64,000 nucleotides of DNA from positions 19,496 to 83,495 of the forward strand of contig CAYFZR010000065.1 of NCBI GenBank assembly GCA_964347835.1. The letters run 5' to 3'. A program made the position numbers and the translations under genes. Positions 16,908 to 25,852 of the stretch are shown here, one piece after another (the stretch's first letter is position 1; every line of letters starts with the position of its first letter). Source of the stretch: an uncultured archaeon. Lineage in GTDB: Archaea; CAYFZR01. The notes beneath the pieces are model-generated. The model was not told the origin of the DNA. It did no database searches and worked only from the letters and a program-made list of their open reading frames with translations.

Positions 16908-16982
16908 GGGCTCGTGGCTCAGACTGGTTAGAGCGTCCGGCTGATAACCGGGAGGTCCGGGGTTCAAATCCCCGCGGGCCCA
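16908..16982 (+). tRNA. tRNA-Ile (anticodon GAU)
   Basis: Cloverleaf read by hand: acceptor GGGCTCG/CGGGCCC, anticodon stem TCCGG/CCGGG with loop CTGATAA, T-arm CGGGG-TTCAAAT-CCCCG, discriminator A. CCA not encoded. Confidence 0.8.
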
Positions 16983-17088
16983 TCTAAACTTTATATCTGC
17001 TATTTTTAATTCTGGATAGATAAAACATTCGATATGTATCAAAAATATGATAAAACTATTTCGACTATGAACTATGAAGTTGAGTTAA

Positions 17089-17778
17089 ATGCCGTATTTG
17101 GTTATAACTTCAAAAGAAAAGAGACCGCGTAATGAGTTAGAGAGATTAGGTTGTGAAATAATTTGCAGATATCTGTGGTTTGTTCCGAGGGATAAGATTA
17201 CTAAGATAAAAAGTGCCTTAGACCAAGATAATTACCTTCTATTTCAAAAAACCAAGATTAAAAAGTCTAAACTTGAGAGAAAAGGTCAAAAAATTGGATT
17301 TACTTTAATCGCCTACGATACATCTAAAAGCGATGATAAGGGGCGAAAAGCAATAAAAAGAGTTCTTTCAAAGGCTCCTTGTCTCATGCTTGCCAAATCC
17401 ATTTATATCTTCCCTTATATAGAAAAAAAACCGAAGATCCCTGATATAAGCACCGTTGAAAAAGTTATTACTGAAAATAGAGGTAATATAACTAAAATTG
17501 GTACTCTAATTCCCATAGAGTTTACTACTGAGAAATTAAGAGAGAGAGCAAAAATTGTTTTAGAAGAAGAGGCAAATAAATTGATGGAAATGACGGAACA
17601 TATCGCTACTGATGAAACTTCTATAAAAAAACACTCGAGCCAAATTAGAGCGTCCCTTATCAACCTAAAACTCAAATCTAAAATTTTTGACTTATCCTTC
17701 CGTATGGAAACTAAACAGGAATTGGGTAAAAAATTTACTAAGATATATAAAACATTGGGTAAGTTCCATGAAACTTGA
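17089..17778 (+). CDS. Lysine-rich hypothetical protein
   Basis: 229 aa basic ORF directly downstream of tRNA-Ile. The segment FTLIAYDTSKSDDKGRKAIKRVLSKAPCLMLAKSIYIF only loosely resembles the Cas2/VapD-type beta-alpha core. Confidence 0.35.
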   Translation: MPYLVITSKEKRPRNELERLGCEIICRYLWFVPRDKITKIKSALDQDNYLLFQKTKIKKSKLERKGQKIGFTLIAYDTSKSDDKGRKAIKRVLSKAPCLMLAKSIYIFPYIEKKPKIPDISTVEKVITENRGNITKIGTLIPIEFTTEKLRERAKIVLEEEANKLMEMTEHIATDETSIKKHSSQIRASLINLKLKSKIFDLSFRMETKQELGKKFTKIYKTLGKFHET

Positions 17779-17852
17779 TCCCAAATAAATCTAAAGAAGT
17801 TCTGAAGATTATTAGCTTTGATAAAATCCGAAATCGATTTTTTAAAGTCAAT

Positions 17853-18479
17853 TTAGCCCCAAATAAAATCTCTGTAACCGGCGAATAGTAGAGTTATCAA
17901 AAAAACTGCGGCCATAAAAAGCCATGGGCTGAAGAGCCAGAGAATTACAATAAGACTGTAAAGCACACCTCTGCTACCGAGAGTGTAAAAGCTGCAACCT
18001 CTGTTCAACAAATTGCCAAGGTATTCATGCTTTGCCATGCCTGTGTGATCCGTTATAACGTCTGAAGGTGTCGTGGTAAATAGGCAGACGAGGCGGTAAT
18101 ATCGAAGAGACGAGACGAAAAACATGAAAGATATGGCTTGAATGGCTACTATAAATAGAATTTTAAACTCGAATAATAAAACGTCTGCAAAAATTCCAAA
18201 ACTTTTAGCATTTATCAACAAGTTGAGAAGTATGCCCGCAAATATAAGGGTTGCAGAAGCAAAGAGAATGCTCACCGAAATCACGTCTCTGAGCTGTTGA
18301 ACCAGAAGTATATGTTCTTCTTTGTTAAGCACATACTCGATTCCTTTCTCTCTAAAGAGGTTTGCGTGAGACTTTACAGTTCTATCTGGCCTTCTACGGT
18401 GCAATAGAAGATACGCGCCATGGTAACCTGCAAAGCTAATCAAAAAAATGATGAGGGCAATCTGATCCAGAAGTTCCAT
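17853..18479 (-). CDS. Polytopic membrane protein
   Basis: 208 aa with five to six hydrophobic helices. Confidence 0.45.
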   Translation of the reverse strand: MELLDQIALIIFLISFAGYHGAYLLLHRRRPDRTVKSHANLFREKGIEYVLNKEEHILLVQQLRDVISVSILFASATLIFAGILLNLLINAKSFGIFADVLLFEFKILFIVAIQAISFMFFVSSLRYYRLVCLFTTTPSDVITDHTGMAKHEYLGNLLNRGCSFYTLGSRGVLYSLIVILWLFSPWLFMAAVFLITLLFAGYRDFIWG

Positions 18480-18767
18480 ACTACTAACACCTCTTCAAGA
18501 TTCCATTCACTAAACCTAACGAATATTTAAAATTTTCGGCGTCCGGAAAAGTGGAAAAATTAAAAAAAAGGCGAATTCAAATTAATTCCATCGTTGCCGT
18601 CCTCCTTCTACGGAGAATTTTCCTTGAAGTCTGGATGACTTCTTTTGTTTTAATTTTGGAGTCTAATATGTCCAAATCTTAAAAAAAGATGTATTTATAC
18701 AATTGGTTATACGTCAAAGATAAAGTTATGATAAACTTTATATATATAACCCTACTTACACCTCTCT

Positions 18768-19094
18768 ATGATTAGAACAAAAGAACAAGCAAAAGAGGCT
18801 CTTAAAAAGACAGCAGATGATGAGGCATTTTACTTTTGCAATGAAAAGGGCTTCTTAAATATTAAAGCAAATAGTATTGAAGAGGCCTTGGAGAAAATAA
18901 AAAATATAGACGAGTCTTCTATAAATTATCACCTGAAGAATGGTCATTTTCAGAAGTGGATTGTCGACATATTCAGAGATGACGCATTGTCAAGGAAAGT
19001 TGACAGATTATCTAAGAAAGAAAGCATAAAAAAAGAAGATCTCGTCAATGTGTTGGAAGAAAGGATTAGATGGCTCAAAAGTAAGGTTTATTGA
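18768..19094 (+). CDS. Hypothetical protein
   Basis: 108 aa, charged and helical. Confidence 0.35.
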   Translation: MIRTKEQAKEALKKTADDEAFYFCNEKGFLNIKANSIEEALEKIKNIDESSINYHLKNGHFQKWIVDIFRDDALSRKVDRLSKKESIKKEDLVNVLEERIRWLKSKVY

Positions 19095-19534
19095 CATTTT
19101 TCGATGATCCTTTTTACAATTCCAATCAACTTCTTAGTTTTTAAGCCACGTAAAATGTTATTAAATGAGAGCGGTTCCCTTCTATATTTATTGTAGACCG
19201 TTAAAGAAGTCTTTTTTTCTTAAATTTAGTTATTTTGAAGTTAAAAGAAAAACGGACAGAATGGATTTTACAAAATATATCTTATTTTTACAAAATGAAG
19301 TTTCAAGAGTATCTTTAAGATAATTAAACGAGAACTGAGCAATTAAATAACAATTAGATAACTTCATAATCTTCGAGGAGCTTATTTTTTCCTTAAAAAT
19401 AATAAAAAATTTTACTAAAGGCTTAAATAAAAGTATTGAAAAGAGATGGAATTCAGTATTGGAATTAACTAGATATTCCGTGAGAGGAGCTTGAAACAGG
19501 ATGGTTTTAAGATTGAAAAGGAGCTAGAAATGGA

Positions 19535-20821
19535 ATGGAAAAAGCGATTGAAGAAGGTAAACCTCCGAATAGTTCATGGAAGAAGTTTATCCCATGGCAA
19601 GACATTTCTGAAGAACAGTGGTATGATTGGCGTTGGCAGATCAAAAACATGATCAGGAAGCCAGAACAACTTGTGAAGATCCTTCCTCTTCCTCGGAAAG
19701 AATTTGAGGATATCTGTAGAGTAAGTGATTCGTATCCAATGTTAATCTCGCCGTACTATTTCTCCCTCATTGACCTTGAAAACCCAAACGATCCTATACG
19801 CAAGCAGTCATTTCCTTCCATAGAAGAACTGGAAGATTTGGCTTACGCGGTAGAGGATCCTTTAGATGAAGAAGAAGACCAATCAGTTCCCGGACTCACC
19901 CACCGTTATCCTGACAGAGTCCTTCTAACGCTCACTAACTTTTGCACCACTTACTGTCGTCATTGCACAAGAAAACGTATTCATGGAAAGAGCAAAGGCA
20001 CCTTATCCTCTTACTGTTTAGACAGAGTTTTAGATTATCTTCAGAAACACGAGGAAATCCGTGATATCGTAGTTTCTGGCGGTGACCCACTTGCATTACC
20101 AAATCGTATACTTGAGAAAATACTTAAGGGTCTCCAAGACATTTCCCACTTAGAGATGATTAGGATAGGCACAAGAGTGCCTGTTACCCTACCAATGCGC
20201 CTTTATGATCAAGATTTACTCAGTCTACTAGAAAATTTCGAGAATCTATGGGTTAATACTCACTTCAACCATCCTAGAGAAATAACTATTGAGGCTGTTC
20301 AGGCGGTCAGGAATTTATTAAAGCTTGGAATACCCGTAAACAATCAGACAGTCCTTCTTAATGGAATTAACGACTCAGTAGAAATTATGCGAGAACTTAT
20401 GCTATCTTTGTTGAAAATCAGGGTAAGACCGTATTATCTTTTCCACTGCGATCCCTCAAAGGGAGTATCCCATTTCAGAACTAGCGTTTGGAAAGGTATG
20501 GAGATTATTGAAGGATTGAGAGGACATATATCAGGTTTGGGAGTCCCTACTTATGTAATTGATGCTCCTAGAGGCGGTGGAAAGATTCCCTTAATGCCAA
20601 ATTACGTTCTTTCATATTCGGAGGATGCAATTGTTCTTCGAAACTACGAAGGGATGATAGTAAAGTACTATCCCAAAGGGAAGCCCAAAGACAGGATTTT
20701 CCATCATAATAATTACATAGGGATTATCAAACTATTAGAAGAGGATGCTGATGCTCTAATTCCTTCCGAGACTCCGAGATTGAAAAGGAGAGAGAATAAT
20801 AAGAGTAATTACAAAAAATAA
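19535..20821 (+). CDS. kamA: Lysine 2,3-aminomutase (radical SAM, KamA/AblA family)
   Basis: 428 aa. Radical-SAM motif CTTYCRHCTRK, KamA-type N-terminus (EEQWYDWRWQIKN) and a C-terminal PLP-binding region. Confidence 0.85.
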   Translation: MEKAIEEGKPPNSSWKKFIPWQDISEEQWYDWRWQIKNMIRKPEQLVKILPLPRKEFEDICRVSDSYPMLISPYYFSLIDLENPNDPIRKQSFPSIEELEDLAYAVEDPLDEEEDQSVPGLTHRYPDRVLLTLTNFCTTYCRHCTRKRIHGKSKGTLSSYCLDRVLDYLQKHEEIRDIVVSGGDPLALPNRILEKILKGLQDISHLEMIRIGTRVPVTLPMRLYDQDLLSLLENFENLWVNTHFNHPREITIEAVQAVRNLLKLGIPVNNQTVLLNGINDSVEIMRELMLSLLKIRVRPYYLFHCDPSKGVSHFRTSVWKGMEIIEGLRGHISGLGVPTYVIDAPRGGGKIPLMPNYVLSYSEDAIVLRNYEGMIVKYYPKGKPKDRIFHHNNYIGIIKLLEEDADALIPSETPRLKRRENNKSNYKK

Positions 20822-20856
20822 AAAAATGAAGGTAATTTCTTTAAAAAAATTAAGAG

Positions 20857-21888
20857 GTGATGAAATTACTCGTTGGTTTAACTTATGATTTAAAGATCGA
20901 TTATTACGAGGAAAATAATTTAAACTCCGATATTTATGAAGAATTTGATGTTGAAGAAACTATTGCAGAGATATCAAATGTTTTAGAGGGTGCAGGACAC
21001 ACAGTTCTTAGATTAGGTAGTGGAAAAAAATTTCTGGAACGCATCCAGAGGGTATCGGTAGATATAGTTTTTAATATTGCAGAGGGCTTTGGAACTCGTT
21101 CCAGAGAGGCTCACGTTCCTGCTGTACTGGAAATACTTGGAATACCCTATACAGGCTCAGATCCTCTTACTTTGGCTTTAACATTGGACAAAGAGACTGC
21201 TAAGCGAGTAGTAATGACAACTAGCGTTCCAACGCCTCCATTTAAAGTAATTAGAGAGATGCAAGATTTGAAGGAACTAAACCTAGATTATCCTCTCATT
21301 CCAAAGTTACTCTACCAGGGCTCGAGCATTGGTTTAAGAAAAACTTCCAAAGTCAATAACTTTGAAGAATTAGAAGAAAGAGTTGCCTGGCTTCTACTAA
21401 CATATCAGGAACCTGTGATAGTGGAAGAATTCATTGAGGGGAGGGAATTTACCGTTGGAGTATTAGGTAATAACCAAAATGCGTATGTCTTGGGAATCAT
21501 GGAGATATCTCCAAAAAAAGGAAAGAGGCAAGATTTCATTTATTCCCTAGAGTCAAAGAGGAATTGGAAAGAATTGAATTACACTGTGAATCCTTCCCTT
21601 GAAAAATCCTTGGAAGAAAGGATAAGACAGGTAGCATTGACTGTTCATAGGGTTTTGGGCTGCAGAGATGTTTCTAGAATAGATTTCAGGGTTGACTCGG
21701 AAAAAAAACCTTACTTTTTGGAGGTAAACCCACTTCCCGGATTGAATCCTAACTTTAGTGATCTTCCATTGATCGCGAGTGGAGTTGGCATGGAATACAA
21801 AGACCTTGTTTACTGTATTTTTGAAAATGCGCTACAACGTTACGGTATGATCTTACATGAATCGAAGAGTAGGTATAATCTACAATAA
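20857..21888 (+). CDS. ATP-grasp enzyme, D-alanine--D-alanine ligase-like (paralog 1)
   Basis: 343 aa. Ddl-type motifs GIPYTGS, EEFIEGREFTVGV, SRIDFRVD and YFLEVNPLPG. Confidence 0.8.
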   Translation: MMKLLVGLTYDLKIDYYEENNLNSDIYEEFDVEETIAEISNVLEGAGHTVLRLGSGKKFLERIQRVSVDIVFNIAEGFGTRSREAHVPAVLEILGIPYTGSDPLTLALTLDKETAKRVVMTTSVPTPPFKVIREMQDLKELNLDYPLIPKLLYQGSSIGLRKTSKVNNFEELEERVAWLLLTYQEPVIVEEFIEGREFTVGVLGNNQNAYVLGIMEISPKKGKRQDFIYSLESKRNWKELNYTVNPSLEKSLEERIRQVALTVHRVLGCRDVSRIDFRVDSEKKPYFLEVNPLPGLNPNFSDLPLIASGVGMEYKDLVYCIFENALQRYGMILHESKSRYNLQ

Positions 21889-22849
21889 GGTCTCTGATGA
21901 TGATAGACCTGATAGAAAGGGAATTTTAAGAGCAGTTGACTCTGTAAAGACAGTTCTAAAGGAGATTGGATATCCTTACAGCCTTTATGGCTTAGATGGA
22001 GATTTGAAACACTTCGTAAGGGAAATTGAATTTATTAAGCCCGACGTAATCATTAATTTATGCGAAGACTTCGAGGGAAAGAGCGAAGGCGAGATTTTCA
22101 TAGCTTCTTTACTCGAAGAAATGGGGATGAGTTACACGGGTTCTCCTCCTAAAGTTCTTAAAAATGCCTTGTACAAACCCATAGCCAAGAAAATTTTTGT
22201 TAAGAGCAGTATTCCCACCCCAAGATGGAGAGTTTTCGGAAAAAAACCTATAAAAGAAAAAGATCTTAGTTTTCCGGTCATAATTAAGCCAAAAAAAGAA
22301 GATGGAAGCATAGGCATAGATAAAGAGAGCGTGGTTGACTCCATTGAATCCCTAAAAAGAAAATCAAAGGAGCTCATTAAATATTTCGGCACCAATCTGA
22401 TGATTGAAGATTATATAGACGGACGTGAATTTAACGCAGCCTTTTTTGATGGTGAAATTCTGGCAATTGGAGAAATAGAATTTGATATAGAGCCAAGAAT
22501 CGTTGGATACGATGCTAAATGGAAAGAAGGCTCTGAAGAAGATCTAAAAACAAGAGCAAAATATCCTGCGAATTTGAATACTAAGGAAGAAGAAAGGATA
22601 AAAGCTGTGGCTCTGAAGGCCCTTAAAGTCCTTCAAATTAGAGATTATGGAAGAGTAGATTTGAGGATGGACGAAGAAGGAAATATTTTTGTTTTGGAAG
22701 TAAACCCAAATCCCGATATATCTCCAGGCTCAGGATTTATAAAAGCTCTCGAAGTTTCCGGATTTTCTTACAGAGATTTTATCCAAAGATTAATAGAGAT
22801 AACTCTTAGGAGAACTGAAAATGAGAATCAGAACTCTCCAAAGCAATGA
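21857..22849 (+). CDS. ATP-grasp enzyme, D-alanine--D-alanine ligase-like (paralog 2)
   Basis: 330 aa. Motifs MSYTGS, EDYIDGREFNAAF, GRVDLRMD and FVLEVNPNPD. Overlaps the upstream gene by 32 nt. Confidence 0.8.
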   Translation: MNRRVGIIYNKVSDDDRPDRKGILRAVDSVKTVLKEIGYPYSLYGLDGDLKHFVREIEFIKPDVIINLCEDFEGKSEGEIFIASLLEEMGMSYTGSPPKVLKNALYKPIAKKIFVKSSIPTPRWRVFGKKPIKEKDLSFPVIIKPKKEDGSIGIDKESVVDSIESLKRKSKELIKYFGTNLMIEDYIDGREFNAAFFDGEILAIGEIEFDIEPRIVGYDAKWKEGSEEDLKTRAKYPANLNTKEEERIKAVALKALKVLQIRDYGRVDLRMDEEGNIFVLEVNPNPDISPGSGFIKALEVSGFSYRDFIQRLIEITLRRTENENQNSPKQ

Positions 22850-23306
22850 AAAATACGAGATTGAGAGTTTGATCATAAAAACTGGGGTTTTTAAACCTAA
22901 TGAGATTCAAGTAGCCTTAGAAGTCTTAGATCGGTCTCTTAAAGGAGATCTTTCTTACCAAATAGAAGTGATGGAAAACGATGATGGTCAGATTTTGGGA
23001 TTTATATGTTTCGGACTTAATCCTATGTGCGATGCTGTTTTTGAGCTGTATTGGATAGCAGTGGATCCAGAAAATCAGGGCAAAGGCATAGGACACTCTC
23101 TTTTATATAATCTCGAAAAGAAAGTTATGGAATTAAATGGAAGAATGATCGTAATAGAAACGTCTTCGAGACCCGAATACAAAAATGCTAGAGAATTTTA
23201 TGAAGATTTAGGGTACGAAATTATTTGTAAATTTCCAAATTTTTATGCTCCGGGGGACGATAAAATAGTGTATGCAAAAGTTTTAAACCAAAAAGTTTTG
23301 AATTAA
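22821..23306 (+). CDS. GNAT-family N-acetyltransferase
   Basis: 161 aa. Acetyl-CoA binding motif A (NQGKGIGHSLL). Overlaps the upstream ATP-grasp gene by 29 nt. Confidence 0.8.
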   Translation: MRIRTLQSNEKYEIESLIIKTGVFKPNEIQVALEVLDRSLKGDLSYQIEVMENDDGQILGFICFGLNPMCDAVFELYWIAVDPENQGKGIGHSLLYNLEKKVMELNGRMIVIETSSRPEYKNAREFYEDLGYEIICKFPNFYAPGDDKIVYAKVLNQKVLN

Positions 23307-23380
23307 ACATCTTCTTCCCCCGTATTATTTAACCTTTTTTCGTTTAGGCTATAATTCTATGTCTCTACAGCAAAAAACCA

Positions 23381-25852
23381 CTAAGCGTATCTATATTCCA
23401 AGAATCTTCTCAAGAATATTTCAAAGAAAAATAAGAAAAGCGCTGCCTTCACTAGTATCTCCCAAATATTTTCCATCTCTGTTTGATATTGTTTTGTTTC
23501 TTTTATATCTTTTAACAGATCTTGTTTTAAAGAGTCTATTTCGTTTGAATCGTAATATTTTCCTCCTGTAACTGAACAAATCTTTTTTAGTGTCTCTGTA
23601 TCAGGCTCAAGTTCTCTTATCTCTACAGGATAGTTAATGGTCATTCCTCCCTCATCTGAATACTCTTTGTTTCCGTAAGCCTTAAACAAAAAAACTCCTG
23701 TATGATTTGATCTTAAGGAAGATTGATACAGGTTAAGATCGATTTGCTCTACTTTCAAAGCCTTTTTCTCTGTTGTTTCGTACAATTCAACCTCTTTCAT
23801 CGGAAAGGAAGTCACTATATTTAATATCATGTTTTCACCTAATTCTGAGTTTCTGGCAATAATTTTAATCGGTTTTCTCCATTCTAAATCTCCTACTACC
23901 CAGTTGACTATGTTCTTCATTAATTTAGGATGATCTTTCCATGCTACAAAAGGATAGCCCCATGAATTGCCGTTGTCTGTAGTGTAAGAGGCGACTCTTC
24001 CTAATCCATAATGCCAGACGGTAAGAATCATGTTCATATCATCAGTAGCAATCAAAGATTGTGCTCCTGCTTTTTTACTCACCAAATTAAGTCCACTAAC
24101 ACTGGAAGAAATCTCGATGTCTCTGGTTATGAAGTGTTCTTCATCCAGGATCTGTAAGGAGTAGTGTTCTTTTCTTTCTTCCTCTTTCTTCCCGAAGAGG
24201 AAACTAAGTCTCTGAACGGCTGTGGGTCTGAAGTATTCTCCTCCTGTTTTTCTTGCCAAAGTTTGCATGAAGGGTTCATAGGTATCGCTGCCTACACCAA
24301 CCGTATAAATTGTGTTTCCGGAAGTTTCTGCATACTGAACAGCCTCCTCTGGAAATGCGGTAAGACCGTCGGATATCAAAACTATGTATTTCTTTCCCGC
24401 AAAACCAGAAAGTAATTGATTTGCTCTTATCAATGCGGGTGTTATGTAAGTTCCTTCGCCAGAGCTTAATCTAGATACTTTCTCCGTTAGATCCTCCATA
24501 TCTGTGACAAGAGAGAACTCTTTTATTAGGTATGGATCCACATCAAAAGCCAAAACACCAACGTAATCTCCTGGATCAAGATCATTTATTAGATTTATTG
24601 TAATTGCCTTCTCGAGATCTAATTTCGATGTTCCTCCAAAGGCTTGTCCTGTGCTACCGGAAATGTCTAAAACAAAGATGATTCCTAACTTTTCTTTCCT
24701 CTGCTTAGGCTCAGGAGATGATGTAACTGGCAATATCTTTTCAAAGGAACTTTTATAGTAAGAGCCATAATCAAAGGAATTATCTCCGCCAATTACCAAT
24801 AATCCTCTGCCTTCTCTTACATAACCCCTTAATTCGTTTATCGTCGAATGTGAAATTCGATTAACGGGAATATTATCAAGTATAATTGCATCGTATTTAT
24901 TTAAATCATCAATAGATGTACTAGAGGTCTTAGTTAAAATATAATCTTTCCCAATTTCACCTATAATATAATTTGAACTCTCTGAAGAAATGTAAATTAT
25001 TTTTGGTCTCTCAACAATCTCTAAAGACGCGTATCTTACATTGTTATACGGAAAGTAATCGTTTTTAGGATCTATGATTGCTTTTATTACATAGAATCCT
25101 TCTTCGCTAGTTTTGTACGAATACTCGATTATTTCTGTCTCTTTTTCTTGAATTTTATGGGTATCATATATCAATTTATCATCTATAAACAATTTGAAGT
25201 CATATTCAGCCGTTAAATTTCCAAAATTTTTTACGTGTACTTCTATGTCAAAAGAACTTCCTGGATAACTCTTTTCGGGTACTATTAATTCTTCTACTGC
25301 TACCTCATTCCTAACGTTAGACACTCCAAGAGCATAAATGCCAATGTCCCTCTCTTTCGCAATCATGCTCGCTTCAATTGGATCTTTGCCGTAATTATTT
25401 TGACCATCCGACACAAGCAGGATCTTTCCTGCTTCCATCTTTGATATTGTCTCTTGGATCGTGTTCCCGATAGAAGTCCTGTACTCATGGGAAAAGGGTA
25501 TTAATTTGACACTGTCCTTACCGATCTTCTCTCCAAAGAAATTATATAAATTCTTTGTCTGGTTATTGAAATTATACAACTCCATACTCCTCGATTCATC
25601 CAGCAGAATATAGATGGTAGGATTTTCTACAATAGTCCTTTCAAAAGAGTATATTCCTATGATAGACAAAATTACTAGTGTAAGTACTATAATTCTTAAA
25701 AAAAAAATTAAAAACCTCTTATTTCCTAAAAAAGCCTTATCAGATCTCTGTAATAAGTAGTAATATAGGATCGCTAAGGGTACAAGCAACAACAACCAAG
25801 GTTTACTTCCTATGAAGATACTCATCTCAAATTCTCCGTATAATACATCCAT
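23381..25852 (-). CDS. BatA-like membrane-anchored von Willebrand factor A (VWA) domain protein
   Basis: 823 aa. N-terminal TM helices, VWA MIDAS motif (IIFVLDISGSTGQ) and a large C-terminal extension. Last gene of the MoxR/DUF58/VWA operon. Confidence 0.75.
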   Translation of the reverse strand: MDVLYGEFEMSIFIGSKPWLLLLVPLAILYYYLLQRSDKAFLGNKRFLIFFLRIIVLTLVILSIIGIYSFERTIVENPTIYILLDESRSMELYNFNNQTKNLYNFFGEKIGKDSVKLIPFSHEYRTSIGNTIQETISKMEAGKILLVSDGQNNYGKDPIEASMIAKERDIGIYALGVSNVRNEVAVEELIVPEKSYPGSSFDIEVHVKNFGNLTAEYDFKLFIDDKLIYDTHKIQEKETEIIEYSYKTSEEGFYVIKAIIDPKNDYFPYNNVRYASLEIVERPKIIYISSESSNYIIGEIGKDYILTKTSSTSIDDLNKYDAIILDNIPVNRISHSTINELRGYVREGRGLLVIGGDNSFDYGSYYKSSFEKILPVTSSPEPKQRKEKLGIIFVLDISGSTGQAFGGTSKLDLEKAITINLINDLDPGDYVGVLAFDVDPYLIKEFSLVTDMEDLTEKVSRLSSGEGTYITPALIRANQLLSGFAGKKYIVLISDGLTAFPEEAVQYAETSGNTIYTVGVGSDTYEPFMQTLARKTGGEYFRPTAVQRLSFLFGKKEEERKEHYSLQILDEEHFITRDIEISSSVSGLNLVSKKAGAQSLIATDDMNMILTVWHYGLGRVASYTTDNGNSWGYPFVAWKDHPKLMKNIVNWVVGDLEWRKPIKIIARNSELGENMILNIVTSFPMKEVELYETTEKKALKVEQIDLNLYQSSLRSNHTGVFLFKAYGNKEYSDEGGMTINYPVEIRELEPDTETLKKICSVTGGKYYDSNEIDSLKQDLLKDIKETKQYQTEMENIWEILVKAALFLFFFEIFLRRFLEYRYA

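Noticed and set aside
16908-19100. Integrated element at tRNA-Ile
   Set aside because: No integrase or transposase, no direct repeat of the tRNA 3' end downstream, and no compositional break that I can see. The downstream genes are just unannotated.
19095-19534. Lysine riboswitch or leader upstream of kamA
   Set aside because: AT-rich with only short imperfect repeats (ggagcttgaaa / ggagctagaaa) and no L-box-like conserved helices recognisable by eye.
23359-23571. 70-aa + ORF at the 3' end of the BatA-like gene
   Set aside because: Overlaps the C-terminal coding region of the 823-aa minus-strand gene. No RBS or homology.
24164-24415. ORFs antisense to the Bat-like operon (24164-24415, 27359-27541, 28645-28985, 29295-29781)
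   Set aside because: Each lies fully inside a minus-strand gene with strong motif support (VWA, DUF58, MoxR). No independent signals.
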